Assembly: GCF_006345805.1 (NCBI RefSeq)
Contig: NC_043000.1
Location: forward strand, 88,412,001-88,476,000
Origin: Octopus sinensis
Lineage: Eukaryota
Direction of reading: 5' to 3'
Length of the DNA: 64,000 bases
A program made the position numbers and the translations under genes. The notes beneath the pieces are model-generated. The model did not search any database. It was not told the origin of the DNA and saw only the letters and a program-made list of their open reading frames with translations. Of the stretch, positions 37,281-50,945 are shown piece after piece; position 1 is the stretch's first letter; each line of letters starts with the position of its first letter.

Positions 37281-38747
37281 ATATATCTACACAATTTCTA
37301 ATACAACCCTTGACCTGCGATCGCCGAAATTCTACCTAGTGTCACCCCCGAAATAGTTGAACTTGTGCTAAAATTTGAAACCAAGCTAGCAGAACGCTTA
37401 CGCGTCAGGCAAAATGCTTAGTGATATTTTGTCCGTCTTTATGTTCTGAATTCAAATTCCGTTGAGGTATATGTATGACATACATAATTCGAACTTATGA
37501 CATACATACATGATACTAATTTATATAATACTAACATACATTCGAACATACAAGCTGAAATGAATATATGATTTTTCATGCAAAACTGAAGACTGCTTCC
37601 GTCAAGTTGAATCTTTTATGTTGCCATTATTTGATGGCACCTAATCATTTCGCTTCCCTTTTTGTCCCCACCGTTTAGTTATTCCGTTTTTCAGGAGAGA
37701 TATTTGGAATTTAATACTTCACCTATTATAATTCCACTCACAAAGTTTAGGTCAAACTTACGGTAGTATAGACAGCACTTGTACATTACAGTGAGAGCGA
37801 ACACAGAACCATGTTGCTCACTAAACGAACTTCTGATAAACATAGAATTATATCTACCTTCTTAATCTATATTTAATCCAATTAAGTTGAAGTTATAATT
37901 ATTAAGAAAATTATAATGAAGTGGATTTAAATATTTGTTGTATATGTTCGAAGATGGATGGATGTAAATTTGTCGATGTATGTTAGTTTGCGGATAGATA
38001 TGTGTACGGCTTCAGAGAATATATATTCAGGATTAATTTATTTCCCTTTTATATACTTGGGGAATTACTGAGTATATATTAAAATTATTGAATAAAAATG
38101 TTGCAATTATAATTCCATATATGTTGATAGAAAATATCAACCCTTAATTGTTATTAATGCTAATAAACAGATTTCAAGTTTAGAATAATTTCATCCTAAG
38201 AGTTTACATTTTAAATTGATTATAAATGGAAATGGGAACAAGCTTTAATGGCAAGTTATTGACGGATTACACGTCTAAATGAATGTAAAAGAGATGAAAA
38301 AATACTTTACAAACATTATTCTGATATTTTCATGAGTAGGAAGTATGTTAAACAAGTAAATTTCATTTCAGAGTACGTAAAGCTATGTGAAGATAATGTA
38401 AGCCTTTTATTTTAAACTCAAACTCAATGTATGTAACATGATTTATACTTGCAAATATTCCATTGCAAAAGTTAGTAATTGATTCTTGCATCTCATTGTT
38501 ACTGGAAGTGCATTTGTTTCAATTCTTTAAATATTTTAGAGTAAATGCAGTGCATTAATCATTTGGAAAAAAACATTATATATTCATTAAAACAGTTGTA
38601 TCTTCTCCAGAAATTGACTGAATTGAATATATGTGATTTGTTTTTAATCAATGTCTTTTCAGGGTTTTAGGTTTTATTTTCTCTTTCATAGAACTTTGGT
38701 TTAAAAAGAATAAATGTAATTTCAAAAATTAAGAAATGGGTAATATA

Positions 38748-38930
38748 TTGGTTTCGAATTTTTGCAGAAGGACATCAATTTTGGTGGAGTGGTTCACTCT
38801 ATTAAATTAACCCGGAAAAGAGGAAAGGTAAAGTCGACCGCGGCGGAATTTGAACTTGGAATGCAAAGACAGACGAACTGCCTCTAAACTTTCTGCCCAG
38901 CGTGCTAACGATTGTTAGTTCACCGCTTAA
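38748..38930 (-). mobile_element. SINE family A
   Basis: ggaaaggtaaagtcgaccgcggcggaatttgaactt...cccagcgtgctaacgat. Confidence 0.8.
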
Positions 38931-41060
38931 AAGTGGATAATTATTAAAGTCAAATAATCAATGCAGCGATGTAACAAATGTTCGTCAAATGCAAATTAAC
39001 AGTCGAATAAATTTTCAGCGTATTCCATTAACTTTCGTCTGGCTGTTAAATATCATTTTCCTAATTACAACTGTATAAGAAAATACGGGGAGTATTGAAA
39101 GTGTTAGTTACAAAAAATATTGTTTAAATCTGTAGGTCAAAAGGTAAAGATCCTGGCTAAGTTCATTGAGACCTTTAAATGATTTGCTCCAGATTTCAAC
39201 CTCACCTTTACAGATGAACGATGTAATTTATTTCACTATCTATTCATGTTCGGTCCCTTTTACCCTACTTATTTGTTGCTTTGTTGCTCTTATTCATATT
39301 ACTCAGGACCTGATCAGCCCTGATGATGACCGATGATCCGTCCGTGAACATCCATTTTATTTTATCAAACATACGTTACAGATATCTTACTTTTTAATGC
39401 GATAAGGTGTGAATTATGAAAACAGTGCTAGCAATATCTAGTTAGTTTATTGCTGCACAAAGCGATGCGGGGAAAATATTTCATTTTGTCAAAAAACGTG
39501 AGATCAATGATTTGGTAGAAATAGTAGATATTCTCATTAAGTTACTAATTAAGGCATCAGAGCTTTCGTTTTATGCCTCAAAATTTGAACTGCACAAAGA
39601 ATGGTGGCCTATTTTCCCCACCAGGGAAGACAAGCTAAATACCAGTAACACTGAGATTAAATGAATTGGGTATATATACTCACCTATGGAGTTGCGAGTT
39701 TTCCCCCATCTAAAAAGCGACTATTAACTCTTAAACCACGTGCATCATCAAGTGATGCACATTTGTACAATGCGGGCATCTCAATTGAATTTATACTCAC
39801 GCCGGATGCAAAGGAAAGTGAATATTTTACGAACATTTTTCGATAGTGAGATTGTAAATTTTATTGTGCGAGTAACTTGCAATTATGGAAGTTTTTGTAT
39901 CTATATAAACTGAAAATATGCTTAAGAATTACACTTAAGAGAAATAGATATTTCTTTTGCTTTTCCCGTTTGTCACACAATCAGGCAATAATTTGCCGCT
40001 GCTTAAATGTTAAAGTATCGTACCAATTAGAAACCTCTTCGCGAAAAACCAATCCATTAAGAATAACTACCAAAAGTCCTTCAAATAAATGTGATTCATT
40101 CATATCTCTCACTATTAAATAAAAGACTAGCTCATGGTCTTAGATACACAGAAAAAGAAAAATCATATCAGGAACATATTTGATTACAGGTAGTAACAAT
40201 TCAGAGCTAAACAACAACTACATACTAAGGTATAGTTGTCAACTTTTGCATTGGTTAACAAGGAACATAAACCTGCTGGGGCAATTAGCAAAAGAAGACA
40301 ATGTTGAATATTTCCCGAGATTTTTTTGCGATTGTCAATGCAAATATAGATGTACTGCATTTTTGAGAAAATAATCAAGTCCATTGAAACCAGCCAGATA
40401 TTATTACCGACCATAAAAAATTGATCATAAATTATCGTACTCCCCTAGTGTGCAATTTCAGATAGTCACTTAGATTTCGTAAATATTTTATTAATTCCAA
40501 TACTTTTTCTTCACTATCGCCGCCACAGTAAGGGAAAATGTATTTTACATAAATATGCGTATACGTGTGTGTGTGTGTGTGTGTTTACATATTAAAATGA
40601 AGGTGTATACGATAGATTTTTAAAATTTAGTTTTTGCTTTTAGTACTTTTTAACTTTTAAGTTTCGACTTATAATATATTCCCGTGAAAACTAGTCAGTA
40701 TATCAGTAGTTTCAAGGTGATGCAAACATGTTTGCGAAGAAAAGGTAACATACACACCACGCAAACAAGCACACGCACACGCACACACACGCACAAACAC
40801 ACGCCCGCCTACGCACATATAATGCATTGAAACTATATTTATATATTGTAGTCATATACATATGTTTACCTGTGTGTCTCTTTGTGTGTGTGTATGTGTG
40901 TGTATGTGTGTGTGTGTGTGTGCATGCGGGCGCAAGTGGTCTAGTTATATTATTTCAAATTTTCCTCTATAAGAAGACTCTCTCCAACCCTAAACCAAAC
41001 CTTTTTCCTAATGGTGATTAGGCATCAAATTAGATTAAATCTATATACATAATGAATGTA

Positions 41061-41810
41061 CGAGGTGTGATCAATAAGTATTCGGTCTGTTGCCATAGTA
41101 ACGAAGCTAAATCACGTAGAGTAAAGCCGCTGGATAGAAATTGACTTTGAACTCCACTGTGCATGCGCACTAGGTTTTAACGTTCTTGCACACTTCTACT
41201 GTTTACAGCAGTGCTTGGAAGGAATGTGTGCAGCGTGTGATCGTCGTATTGACCATGAGAGGGAAAGTTGTCATGGCGATATCTGCTCAGAGGCCTACAC
41301 AAGGTTGCAGAAAATCTATGGACAGGAGGTGGATGAAGCGCACACAAGTGTACGAGTGGTTCAGACGTTTCCAAGATGGCCAAAACATGTCGATATTGAC
41401 GAACAATTCTGGGGAACTCGCAACCAGCAGAACTGAGGTAAATATCGCAGATGTGTGTGCAGCAGTGAGGAGAAATAGTGGAATCTCCAGCCGTAAGTTG
41501 CCAGAGAATGTCCAGATTAGTTTCGGTTCAGTTCAGTCTATTATCACTGATAATTTGGGTATGAGACGTGTGTCTGCCAAGTTTGTGCCAAAATTGCTTT
41601 CTGCTGACCAAGAAAACAATCACGTTTTAGATGTAGATCTCCTTCAGTGTGTCGAAAACGATGAAAAATATTTGAAAGCATTGCATAAGGATCTCAACAG
41701 GTATTGCAAAGCTTTTGGCAAAATTTGATGCAGATTCTCTGGTCAACTTTTTCAATCATGGTCAACGCGATGATCACACGCTACACACCTTCCTTCCAAG
41801 CACTTTCTTG
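41061..41810 (+). mobile_element. Mariner-derived element (transposase N-terminus plus inverted copy of its own 5' region)
   Basis: End TA-cgaggtgtgatcaataagtattcgg. Frame pieces AYTRLQKIYGQEV / TQVYEWFRRFQDG / LGMRRVSAKFVPKLL. 41760-41805 is inverted relative to 41210-41255. Confidence 0.85.
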
Positions 41811-42311
41811 TCCTTCCCAAATTCTTCAGTCCCTCTGCCTCCTACCTCTCTCCTCTCCTTCCACGTGACCGGTGTCCCACCAAGACTCATCTTTCTGTCT
41901 TGGTTTGACTGCCATACGTGTAGCATATCTTATATTCCTTCCTATGACTTTCATCCCTTATGTTCCTACCGTAAGTCTTCACTCCACACACACCAGCTTA
42001 ATTTAATTCGTCCTTAGTCGAAAGACACCTGTTGTTAATGTTTTGTTGTAATTGTGTACCACTTCTCCGTCTTTTTTCGTCCTTGTTTTCGTATACATAC
42101 CAGCCAGATTTGAGAAGTCCCGAGTGTATCCGGCCGAAACTGCAGGGACGTTCTGGAGCTGGACAGACGGTAGAAAGCTCCGAATGACCCGTACTTGTTT
42201 TTTTCAGTCCTTCCTTGTATCGTCCAACTGTCCGGGTGTTTGTTGTTGCCTCTTAACTTGTTCCACTTTTTCTTAATATATATACCTATAGCGGTGTACG
42301 TACACTTTTGG

Positions 42312-42369
<58 letters not shown>

Positions 42370-42625
42370 GCATGTAAATGTATGTATGTATGCATGTATA
42401 TGAAACGCAGAGTAGATAAAACAGGGGACAACTGATGAAGGGAATGTTTTTTATGCTGCATGCCTCGTTTCTCTGTTTTTTCGTTATTCAAAAATGTTCG
42501 TTTTCTATGTTTTTTTTTTTTTGTTTTCGTTTTTTTTTGTCTACGTTTTTTATGCATAAATGTATGTATTATTTATATTATTATATGATCGAACGCCACG
42601 CATCCTTTTCCAAGTGTATATATAT

Positions 42626-42673
<48 letters not shown>

Positions 42674-43685
42674 CATACGTACATACATACACTAAAATAA
42701 TTACCTTCCTCCCGAACTTTTACTTAAGTATATTACTAATAATAATAATAACTATAACCATTGCATATAAAATTAAAATTATTATTGCACTCGTTACCAC
42801 ACATAAATAACCACCTTTACACATTCTTAGTAACCAGAACTATCATTTGAACATGCACACTTGGTAACATTTATAACTGTTTAACCTCTTTGCCTTACAA
42901 TTGTTAACTTTTTTGCCTTACATTAATAACCACATTTACATATCCTTAACAACATCTTAATACCCTTTGAACACAGACACAGACACATACACACGCACAC
43001 ATACACACACACACACACACATATATATGTATATGTAAATATATACGTGTATATGTATATTTGTATGTGTATTTGCGCGTACATACAAATCATAACAAAG
43101 GGAAATGGAAATTAATTAGAATTTTCATTTCCAGTGGACTAAAGTGTAAACATTTAATCCAAAGACTGTGTATTGGTCATAAAATACAGTGTACATTTAA
43201 ACACATGAGGAATCCACTCATGGGATTCAACACGCTAGAAAGAACAGCTAGGTTCTATAACCGCAAACTTACGGATAATATTTATGTATATATATGAACG
43301 TTATGTGTGTGTGTGTATATATGTACGTGTATGTCAACATATATAACTATTTAAATCAATATGTGCCTATTTATATATTCATTTGTTTATTTATTCTTGT
43401 GTATATATTTGTATATGCAATTTCAGTTAATTTGTGCCTATTTACTCATTTGTTTATGTACTTTTTGTATATAGAAACGCCTTCTGTATACTTCGAAAGT
43501 GTTCTTTAACTTATATTATTCTCTCCCCGCCTATATTTTTTTTTTCAATTCAACTAAACAAAACTGAACAAGCATAATCATGTATATGAGTGTACAAGTA
43601 TATGCATATGTATGTGTATGTATGTATGTGTAAGTATATATATATATATGTATATATATGTGTGTGTGTGTACATATATATATAT

Positions 43686-43819
43686 ATGAGTGGCTGTGTG
43701 GTAAATAGCTTGCTTACCAACCACTACGCGGCAACTTGGGCAACTGTCTTCTACTATAGCCTTGGGCCGACCAAAGCCTTGTGAGTGGATTTGATAGATG
43801 GGAACTGAAAGAACCCCTC

Positions 43820-43874
<55 letters not shown>

Positions 43875-44097
43875 GTATGTGCGTTTATGTTTGTGTGTTT
43901 ATGTTTTTCCCCCAGCATCGCTTGACAACCGATGCTGGTGTGTTTACGTCCCCGTAACTTAGCGGTTCGGCAAAAGACAAAGATAGAATAAGTACTAGGC
44001 TTACAAAGAATAAGCTCTGGGGACGATTTGCTTGGCTAAAGACGGTGCTCCAGCATGGTCGCAGTCAAATGACTGAAACAAGTAAAAGAATAAAAAA
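43686..44097 (+). mobile_element. SINE family B
   Basis: gagtggctgtgtggtaaatagcttgcttaccaaccac...gactgaaacaagtaaaagaataaa. Confidence 0.9.
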
Positions 44098-44112
44098 TTT
44101 TTTATATATATA

Positions 44113-45700
44113 CAGTTGCGGCCCAAATGTTCAGAACGGAATTGTTTTCGTCAGAAAAGTAAGTATAAGTTTTTATCAAACTACTTTTATATTCTGTAAT
44201 TTTCGCAGACAATAAATACAATATTAATTGTTATTGTCTAAGATTTTGGTGTAATTTGAGAGAATAATAAAAAGTTATGAATGATTTAGTGATTTACTGC
44301 AAAACCCATGGCGGCCAAAATGATCAGAACGGTTGAAAAAATAACAAAATAATCAAAAATGACAGAGAATTCTGGAATTATTTAATATTTAGTGTGAAGC
44401 CCTTTAGCTTCAATCATACTCTGACATCTTTGACTGCATGAGGAAATTAAATTTTCAATTTCTTGCTGGGTGATCTTATTCCATTCTTCCTGAAGGGCAT
44501 TACGTAATTGTTCAATTGTTTTAGGATTTCTGGCTTTCGAACATTCTCCTAGAATATTCCATATATTTTCAATAGGATTGAGATCTGGGCTTTGAGCAGG
44601 CCAATCCATAACAATAACCTTTTCAGCCTTAAGGAAGTTCATGACCACCTTAGCCTTGTTACATGGGGCATTGTCCTGCATGACTATGGGTGGTCGCTTA
44701 GTTGAATTTCTTAGCACAGGCAAGACATGATCTTTTACAAGTTGTTTATAAACTCCTGCATTTACCTTTCCATGTAATCGCACCAAAGGGCCCACACCAT
44801 TTCCAGATATCATCCCCCAAACCATGACACTTCCTCCACCGAATTTAATACTAGGCGACAATTTTTCAACTACTTTTCTACGAACGTACCTTTTCCCATC
44901 TGAGCCAAATAACATAAACTTAGATTCATCACTGAAATGCACCGTTTGCCATTTTTCTTGAGACCACAACACATGTTTGGTTGCAAAGTTAAGACGACAC
45001 TTTTTATTCTTGGAGCTTATCAGTGGCTTCACTGCAGGTGCTCTTGCTTGTAGGTCATGTTCAACTAATCGACGAGACACAGTTTTTCGAGATAAAGTTT
45101 TCTTCAATACAATGCTCATTTTCCGAGAAACAGCAGCAGCAGTTTTAAATCTGTCCTTTTTAACCAACTTTACCATAGCACGATCTTCTCTCTTGGTCGT
45201 TTTTCTTGGCCTACCTGTAAACTTTCTTACTTCACACGAACCACAATCATCGTAGACCTTAAGAATACCGTGTACAACACTTTTTAACTTGTTAGCAATC
45301 TTTGCAATAGATCCAATACTTAAATTATCCTTCCTTCGAAGCTTAATAATCTGCTGACGAATTGATAACGGAGTAAGTGGCATTATATTAACAAAGTACA
45401 CTGCAAATATTCTTACTAATGTTTAGTAAACGAACCGTCATGTAAACAAATTCAAAACATTAGAGTTCGCCGGTTAAATATACTAAACCATGGAGTAAAA
45501 GCAACCGTTCGGATCATTTTGGCCGCCATGGGTTTTGCAGTAAATCACTAAATCATCCATAACTTTTGTATTATCCTCTCAAATTACACCAAAATCTCAG
45601 ACAATAGCAAATAATACCGAATATAAAACAACTTTGATAAAAAATTATATCTACTTTTCTGACGAAAATAATGCCGTTCTGAACATTTTGGCCGCCATTG
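44113..45700 (-). mobile_element. Tc1-family transposon with IR/DR-type long terminal inverted repeats, TA target duplication
   Basis: ~220-bp imperfect TIRs, each carrying the motif g.cgg.ccaaaatg.tc.gaacgg at the outer and inner ends (44116-44140, 44308-44333; 45502-45530, 45675-45700). Confidence 0.95.
44382..45401 (-). CDS. Tc1-like DD34E transposase, 339 aa, uninterrupted
   Basis: Paired-like HTH, GRPRK, FSDESKF, KFGGGSVMVWG, QDNAP...WPAQSPDLNPIENIW; 34 residues lie between the second D and E. Confidence 0.95.
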   Translation of the reverse strand: MYFVNIMPLTPLSIRQQIIKLRRKDNLSIGSIAKIANKLKSVVHGILKVYDDCGSCEVRKFTGRPRKTTKREDRAMVKLVKKDRFKTAAAVSRKMSIVLKKTLSRKTVSRRLVEHDLQARAPAVKPLISSKNKKCRLNFATKHVLWSQEKWQTVHFSDESKFMLFGSDGKRYVRRKVVEKLSPSIKFGGGSVMVWGMISGNGVGPLVRLHGKVNAGVYKQLVKDHVLPVLRNSTKRPPIVMQDNAPCNKAKVVMNFLKAEKVIVMDWPAQSPDLNPIENIWNILGECSKARNPKTIEQLRNALQEEWNKITQQEIENLISSCSQRCQSMIEAKGLHTKY

Positions 45701-45726
45701 TATATATATATGTATATATATATATA

Positions 45727-47010
45727 GTAAATGAAAGACGGATGATGTAATATACCAGAATTGATTACTAATGACGACAATTGTTTCGACACACCTAGCA
45801 TCGTTCCCTCACGGGTGGGAGACTCAACAACTGCTCCAAGAGTATCTGGCGGTGAAGATTTTTCTCATCGGGTGTTAGACACAACTCGTTAAATTAACAG
45901 TTCCGCAATATATCTTCTCATTTCGTAGAAAGAAATGCAGCAAAACGAAGGAAATATCTTCGTTTACATAGACGATCAAAAATAAAATCACCGATGCAAA
46001 AAAGAAACGAACAGGAAATTCAACGAGAAAAGTATTAAAAATAGCCGTTAACTAATATGAATATATAAAGGCCCTCGCGCAAGCTGCATAGCACGTGCAT
46101 ACTCGCTCATACAAGCATCCACGAAAACGTGAACATACGCGCACGTGTGGTTTGGTGCACACACAATCACAAAGCGAGTTAAATAACTACTTGGTGTTTA
46201 TAAGAATGGGGAGGTCAAAACTAAACTTAAAATAATTTACTTTAAGGTATATTTATATGCATATAGGCATGTTGAGAGTCTTTCAGAAATTCTATTAATG
46301 ATCTTCTCATTAGTCCACAGAATAAACAAGGTCTCCTCGGAGCAGAGACGGCATCTCCTGGAAATGATATTGTACGGTTTCGCGGGCATTACAATGTACC
46401 AAGTTATGCTAAACTTCATTTTTTCCTGCTTCAGTTGTCATATAAAATCGGTCAATTTGTTGAATATCTCTTATTGATTCTCTTAAAATTGGCAACATGG
46501 TTACGATAACGATTCTTAAATGAGTCAGCTGTCTGCCTGGTGTAAACATACGGCCCTTCCCTTGTGTGCACGGTACATTTATATACAAGATTTGTAATCA
46601 TACAGAGGTTCATCAATGCGCATTGGGCACTTTGATTTTTCTATGGATGAGCATTTATCATGTTTATTTTTATATAAGGCTGCTCCGACTCCATTTTCCG
46701 CCGTTGTTACCGTATTAGCTGTATCATAACTATTTCTACTATTATAAGTTGGCCGTAATTGGTGTTTTCATTGCGGTTTACATCTCCTATATTGGTATTT
46801 AGATGCGTATGTTCGCTAAATCCGGTAGGTGGGTTATTGTTACTATTGCTTATGCGGTGCATAAGGTGCTCTAAATTATCAGAGTTGGCGTAGGATACCT
46901 TAACGGTGTGCCGATTAAAAATAGCATTATATCGATAAGATTTGGGAAAATATTTGTCCACAGCGGCAAAAAATTTTCCAGTGATCTTCGTTGAAACATG
47001 GGAAACGAAT
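45727..47010 (-). mobile_element. Decayed Penelope-like retroelement: linker, GIY-YIG endonuclease and 3' region
   Basis: STKITGKFFAAVDKYFPK...IFNRHTVKVSYAN; KSKCPM..LCM..NLVYKCTV...YVYTRQTADSFKNRYRNHVANF; FSITW...AKPYNIISRRCRLCSEETLFI...INRISERLSTC. Confidence 0.85.
45768..45878 (-). ncRNA. Degenerate hammerhead downstream of the PLE ORF (GUC triplet)
   Basis: Minus strand: CUAACAC-CCGAUGA-GA...UC-GAAAC-AAUU-GUC/GUCAUUAG; stems I and II are imperfect. Confidence 0.5.
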
Positions 47011-47217
47011 ATATATATATATATATATATAGATGCAGCACGAAGCTTCGTCAGTGAACAGGTTGCGGTCTCAAAGCGACGAAAATATTTTGACAAATTA
47101 AATTTAAATGTTGAAGTGAATCTAACGGTTTTGTGTGTTTCTTAAATGGCTTATAAACACCTTCCACGCTGCAATTATATATATATATATATGTATATAC
47201 ATACATAAACATATACA

Positions 47218-47778
47218 CAGGGTTATTCAAAAGAAAGAGCAAATTTTAAATCTATTTTTTAATACAAACGGTAAGAGACAGAAACACATTCTACATATTT
47301 CTTGATCGGAGAAGGTTTAAAGTACATTTGAAGGTAGTATGCACTCCACATGAACACCATCTACTGCTCGACAAACATAAAAATGGTAGTCTATTTCTTG
47401 CCACACTCGAAACACCTGATCTGTAGATATTTTGACAAGGTGGATATTTATTGATTTGGCGGCGAAATTCACGTTGCACTTGCACAATCGATTCGCATTT
47501 CTCAAACTGCAGCACACAAAAATACTTTAGTTGTGGCGTCGCCATTTTCTGAGGGATTAAACAAATGAAAATTATAAAACTTTATATAAGATGAACAAAA
47601 TGAAACATTAAAACAAAATTAAAATATTATTTTATTTAAGGCTTAATTCAATTGATCCTGTTCATTTATAAGCTTTAAATCTTCCCCTATCAAGAAATAT
47701 GTAGAATGTGTTTGTTTTCTTACCATTTGCTTTAAATATATATATTTGAAATCTGCTCTTTGTTTTTGAATAACCCTG
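47218..47778 (-). mobile_element. Internally deleted Tc1/mariner-superfamily element (maT/DD37D-like HTH N-terminus)
   Basis: TIRs cagggttattcaaaa..aaagagca and its reverse complement at 47750-47778, TA at the right end; ATPQLKYFCVLQFEKCESIVQVQREFRRQINKYPP. Confidence 0.8.
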
Positions 47779-47929
47779 TATATGTAAGTGTATGTGTGTG
47801 TCTGTTTATATGCACACCTTTTGCATTCTTATAATTCATTTCCACTAACATAACTTTCTCTCCTCACTTATAATAATGTTTACATACAACTGAATATGTA
47901 ATACTTTCTTTTTCCTTATACTGATATAG

Positions 47930-48446
47930 ATGTATGCATACGCATGCGCAAATAATTAATTATGAGCATATGAAGTTACATATTTAAACGTGTATGTATG
48001 TAGATGTATATCAATGTACACATAGGTGTATGCATTAATAGATGCATACATGTGTGTGTGTATACAAGTATTGGACATATGTTTGTATATGTATATATGT
48101 ACATGTATACATATGTGGGTATGAGCTCATACACGTGAGTGTGCAGGTATACATATATGTGTGTATATGCAGGTATGTGTGTGTATACATATGCGGGTAT
48201 ATGTGTGTATGTGAGTGTGCGTGTATACATACATATATGTATGTGTATCTGTATATACATGTATGACTACATATATGCATTTATGCGCGTAAACATTACG
48301 TGCGTATACGTGTGTGTATATATATCTATATAAGTATATGTGCGTGTGTCTGAGTCCTTAGGCACATACGTGTGTGTCTATGTAGGTGTAGGTATATGCC
48401 TCTACGTGTGTTTTTGTGCATGTATAGGCGTGTGTGAGCGTATATG

Positions 48447-48491
<45 letters not shown>

Positions 48492-48960
48492 TATATGTGA
48501 GTAAAGTTACGTACACTTGTACACATGCGTCGTACATAAATGTTAGTTATTTACATACGCACATTCAGACACCAAAAGTTTACAAAACCGTTGAAACAAA
48601 TATACTTTCCTTGAAACGCCATACAGTTAACAAAATAATTTAAAATTTCATTAACCAATCAGAATTAATATACCAGCGTGGATCTGTGTTAACTTCTTAG
48701 AGGTGATGGGTAAAAAGTGTAGACACTTGTATATACATGCATATATGTGAGTGTACATGCGTATTAATGTGCGCATGTACATGTATGTATGTGTATATAT
48801 GCGTCCGTACGTATATGCGCGGATTTGTGTTTGCGTGTAGATGTATGTATATGTGTGAGTATATGCGTGTGTCTGTGTATATGGATGGATGTACGGATGC
48901 ATATATGCGTGTACATGAGTGCGTCAGTACTTGCATGTATACACATTTTCGTAACTTATA
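47930..48960. repeat. Degenerate (TA/TG)n low-complexity region
   Basis: Direct reading. Confidence 0.9.
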
Positions 48961-49954
48961 TCTTATAACCGAACAATCCATTCTTTTATTAACTATAAAC
49001 CTACATTGTTTATATTTAAATTTCCTCAATCGTCCCTATTTAATTTATTCATTTATTGTTCTAATTCTATTTACTTACTCTATCACATATGTTATATATA
49101 TATATATAAACACATATGCGCTTATTACATGCGAAACTTCAAAAATGTTTTACATGGTACCTCTAATTATTTGTAGCTGAAGCTACCTATATTGCCTCAT
49201 CCTTCTTATTGACAGCTTATATCTTTCTGAACTTTTACATAGTGTTCCATGTGATATATTTTATTTCAGAAAATAAATATTTTGTATGAAATACGTGGAT
49301 TCATCCTAATTTAGAATAGGTTAAAGATTTCTGAAAACTTACTGACCTCTCCTATGTTTTGGTCAAACACACATCTGTATTTTCTTAAAGATAGTATCAT
49401 CTTCAATATTGGAAATACTAACCAACAGTACTTATTTAAATCATGTGTCCAAACTTTACAAGTCTGCTAAAATATTAAATTGAATGCAAGTACATATGTC
49501 CATATATATAGTGTTAGATAAATCTCTATAAATACATAGATATATAGATATATTTTGTGGTACATCATTACTATGTTATCAAATATTCCTAGAAAAGCAG
49601 TTACAAGATTCTTCGAGTGCAAAGGGTATTTTACGAAACTAACTGATACAATTTTCTGTTGTATTTTTATGTAGTAAAGGTAGATTCTCAATAAGTAGTG
49701 AGACTTGATAATAAACTTTTTTAAAGTCCACAATGTAGAAATTTTAAGTTTTGAGATGTCATTTACTAAAATTGAAATCAAAGGTCAGAGATGCATTCGA
49801 TGAAGTATAATTGTTAACAGCTCATGAAACATCTATCACCAATATTCATTTACTAGGAGTTTTCACAACTAAACTCCTCTACCTTTTGCAGGTTTGGAAA
49901 TACTGTTCCCCAGTAGGTCCATTTTTTAATAAACGATTGATTTGAAAATAATAC

Positions 49955-50330
49955 GGATTTACTCTTTTTTACTTGTTTCAGTCATTTGACTGCGGCCATG
50001 CTGGAGCACCGCCTGTAGTCGAGCAAATCGACCCCAGGGCTTATTCTTTGTAAGCCTAGTACATATTCTATCGGTCTCTTTTGCTGAACCGCTAATGTTA
50101 CAGGGACGTAAACACGCCAGCATCGGTTGTCAAGCGATGTTGGGGGGACAAACACAGACACACACATATATACATATATACGACGGGCTTCTTTCAGTTT
50201 CCATCTACCAAATCCACTCACAAGGCTTTGGTCGGCCCGAGGCTATAGTAGAAGACACTTGCCCAAGTTGCCACGCAGTGGGACTGAACACGGAACCATG
50301 TGATTGGTAAACAAGCTACTCCTGCGTCTT
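49955..50330 (-). mobile_element. SINE family B
   Basis: Colinear with 8612-9050. Confidence 0.9.
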
Positions 50331-50827
50331 TGTATACTACCTTTTCCTAGACTAAAATCAACTACGAGTAGTTATAGCAATTTTTAACAAAACTCTTTAA
50401 AACTTGAGGAGGGTTTGTAAACATAATAGTAAACCCATAAATTGTACATTTTATGTAAAGTAACATTATATTTAATCACAATACTTTTATGAAGAGGCAT
50501 ACTACTTTATCCTGGAAATAAAGATACTCAAATATGATATATTGTTGATGTAATCGATAACAATAATACAAAATGTACAAAATGTAACATTGATTTTTAA
50601 TTTCTTGTTTCGATGAAGCCATATTAATTATACAAGTTCATTCAATAGGCAATTTCAGATTAATGGCAATAGAAATGAGGAATGATATTTTCTGTATTTC
50701 CTGACTCAATTAAAGTGTCATCTTTAGTATTTATTGTATTGTAACAAGTGACTTTGAGTACAATTGAAAACGGCTGTAAATGTTGTAAAAATGACTTTTG
50801 TAATAACTTATTACCTGTTTAAGCGTT

Positions 50828-50945
50828 AGTAGCATTTTGTCTGCCTTTACGTTCTGCTTTCAAGTCCCACCGGGGTACACTTTGCCTTTCATCATTTCAG
50901 AGTCGATAAATTAAGTACCAGTAAAAATAATGGAGTCAGAGGGTT
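50828..50945 (+). mobile_element. SINE family A fragment
   Basis: gcattttgtctgcctttacgttctg...tttgcctttcatcatttcagagtcgataaattaagtacc. Confidence 0.7.

Noticed and set aside
42105-42150. ttgagaagtcc...ggccgaaactgcag hammerhead-like ruin
   Set aside because: The core is not CUGANGA and there is no UH triplet after stem III.
43203-43240. GAATCC/GGATTC stem preceded by catga
   Set aside because: Lacks both CUGA and GAAA core nucleotides.
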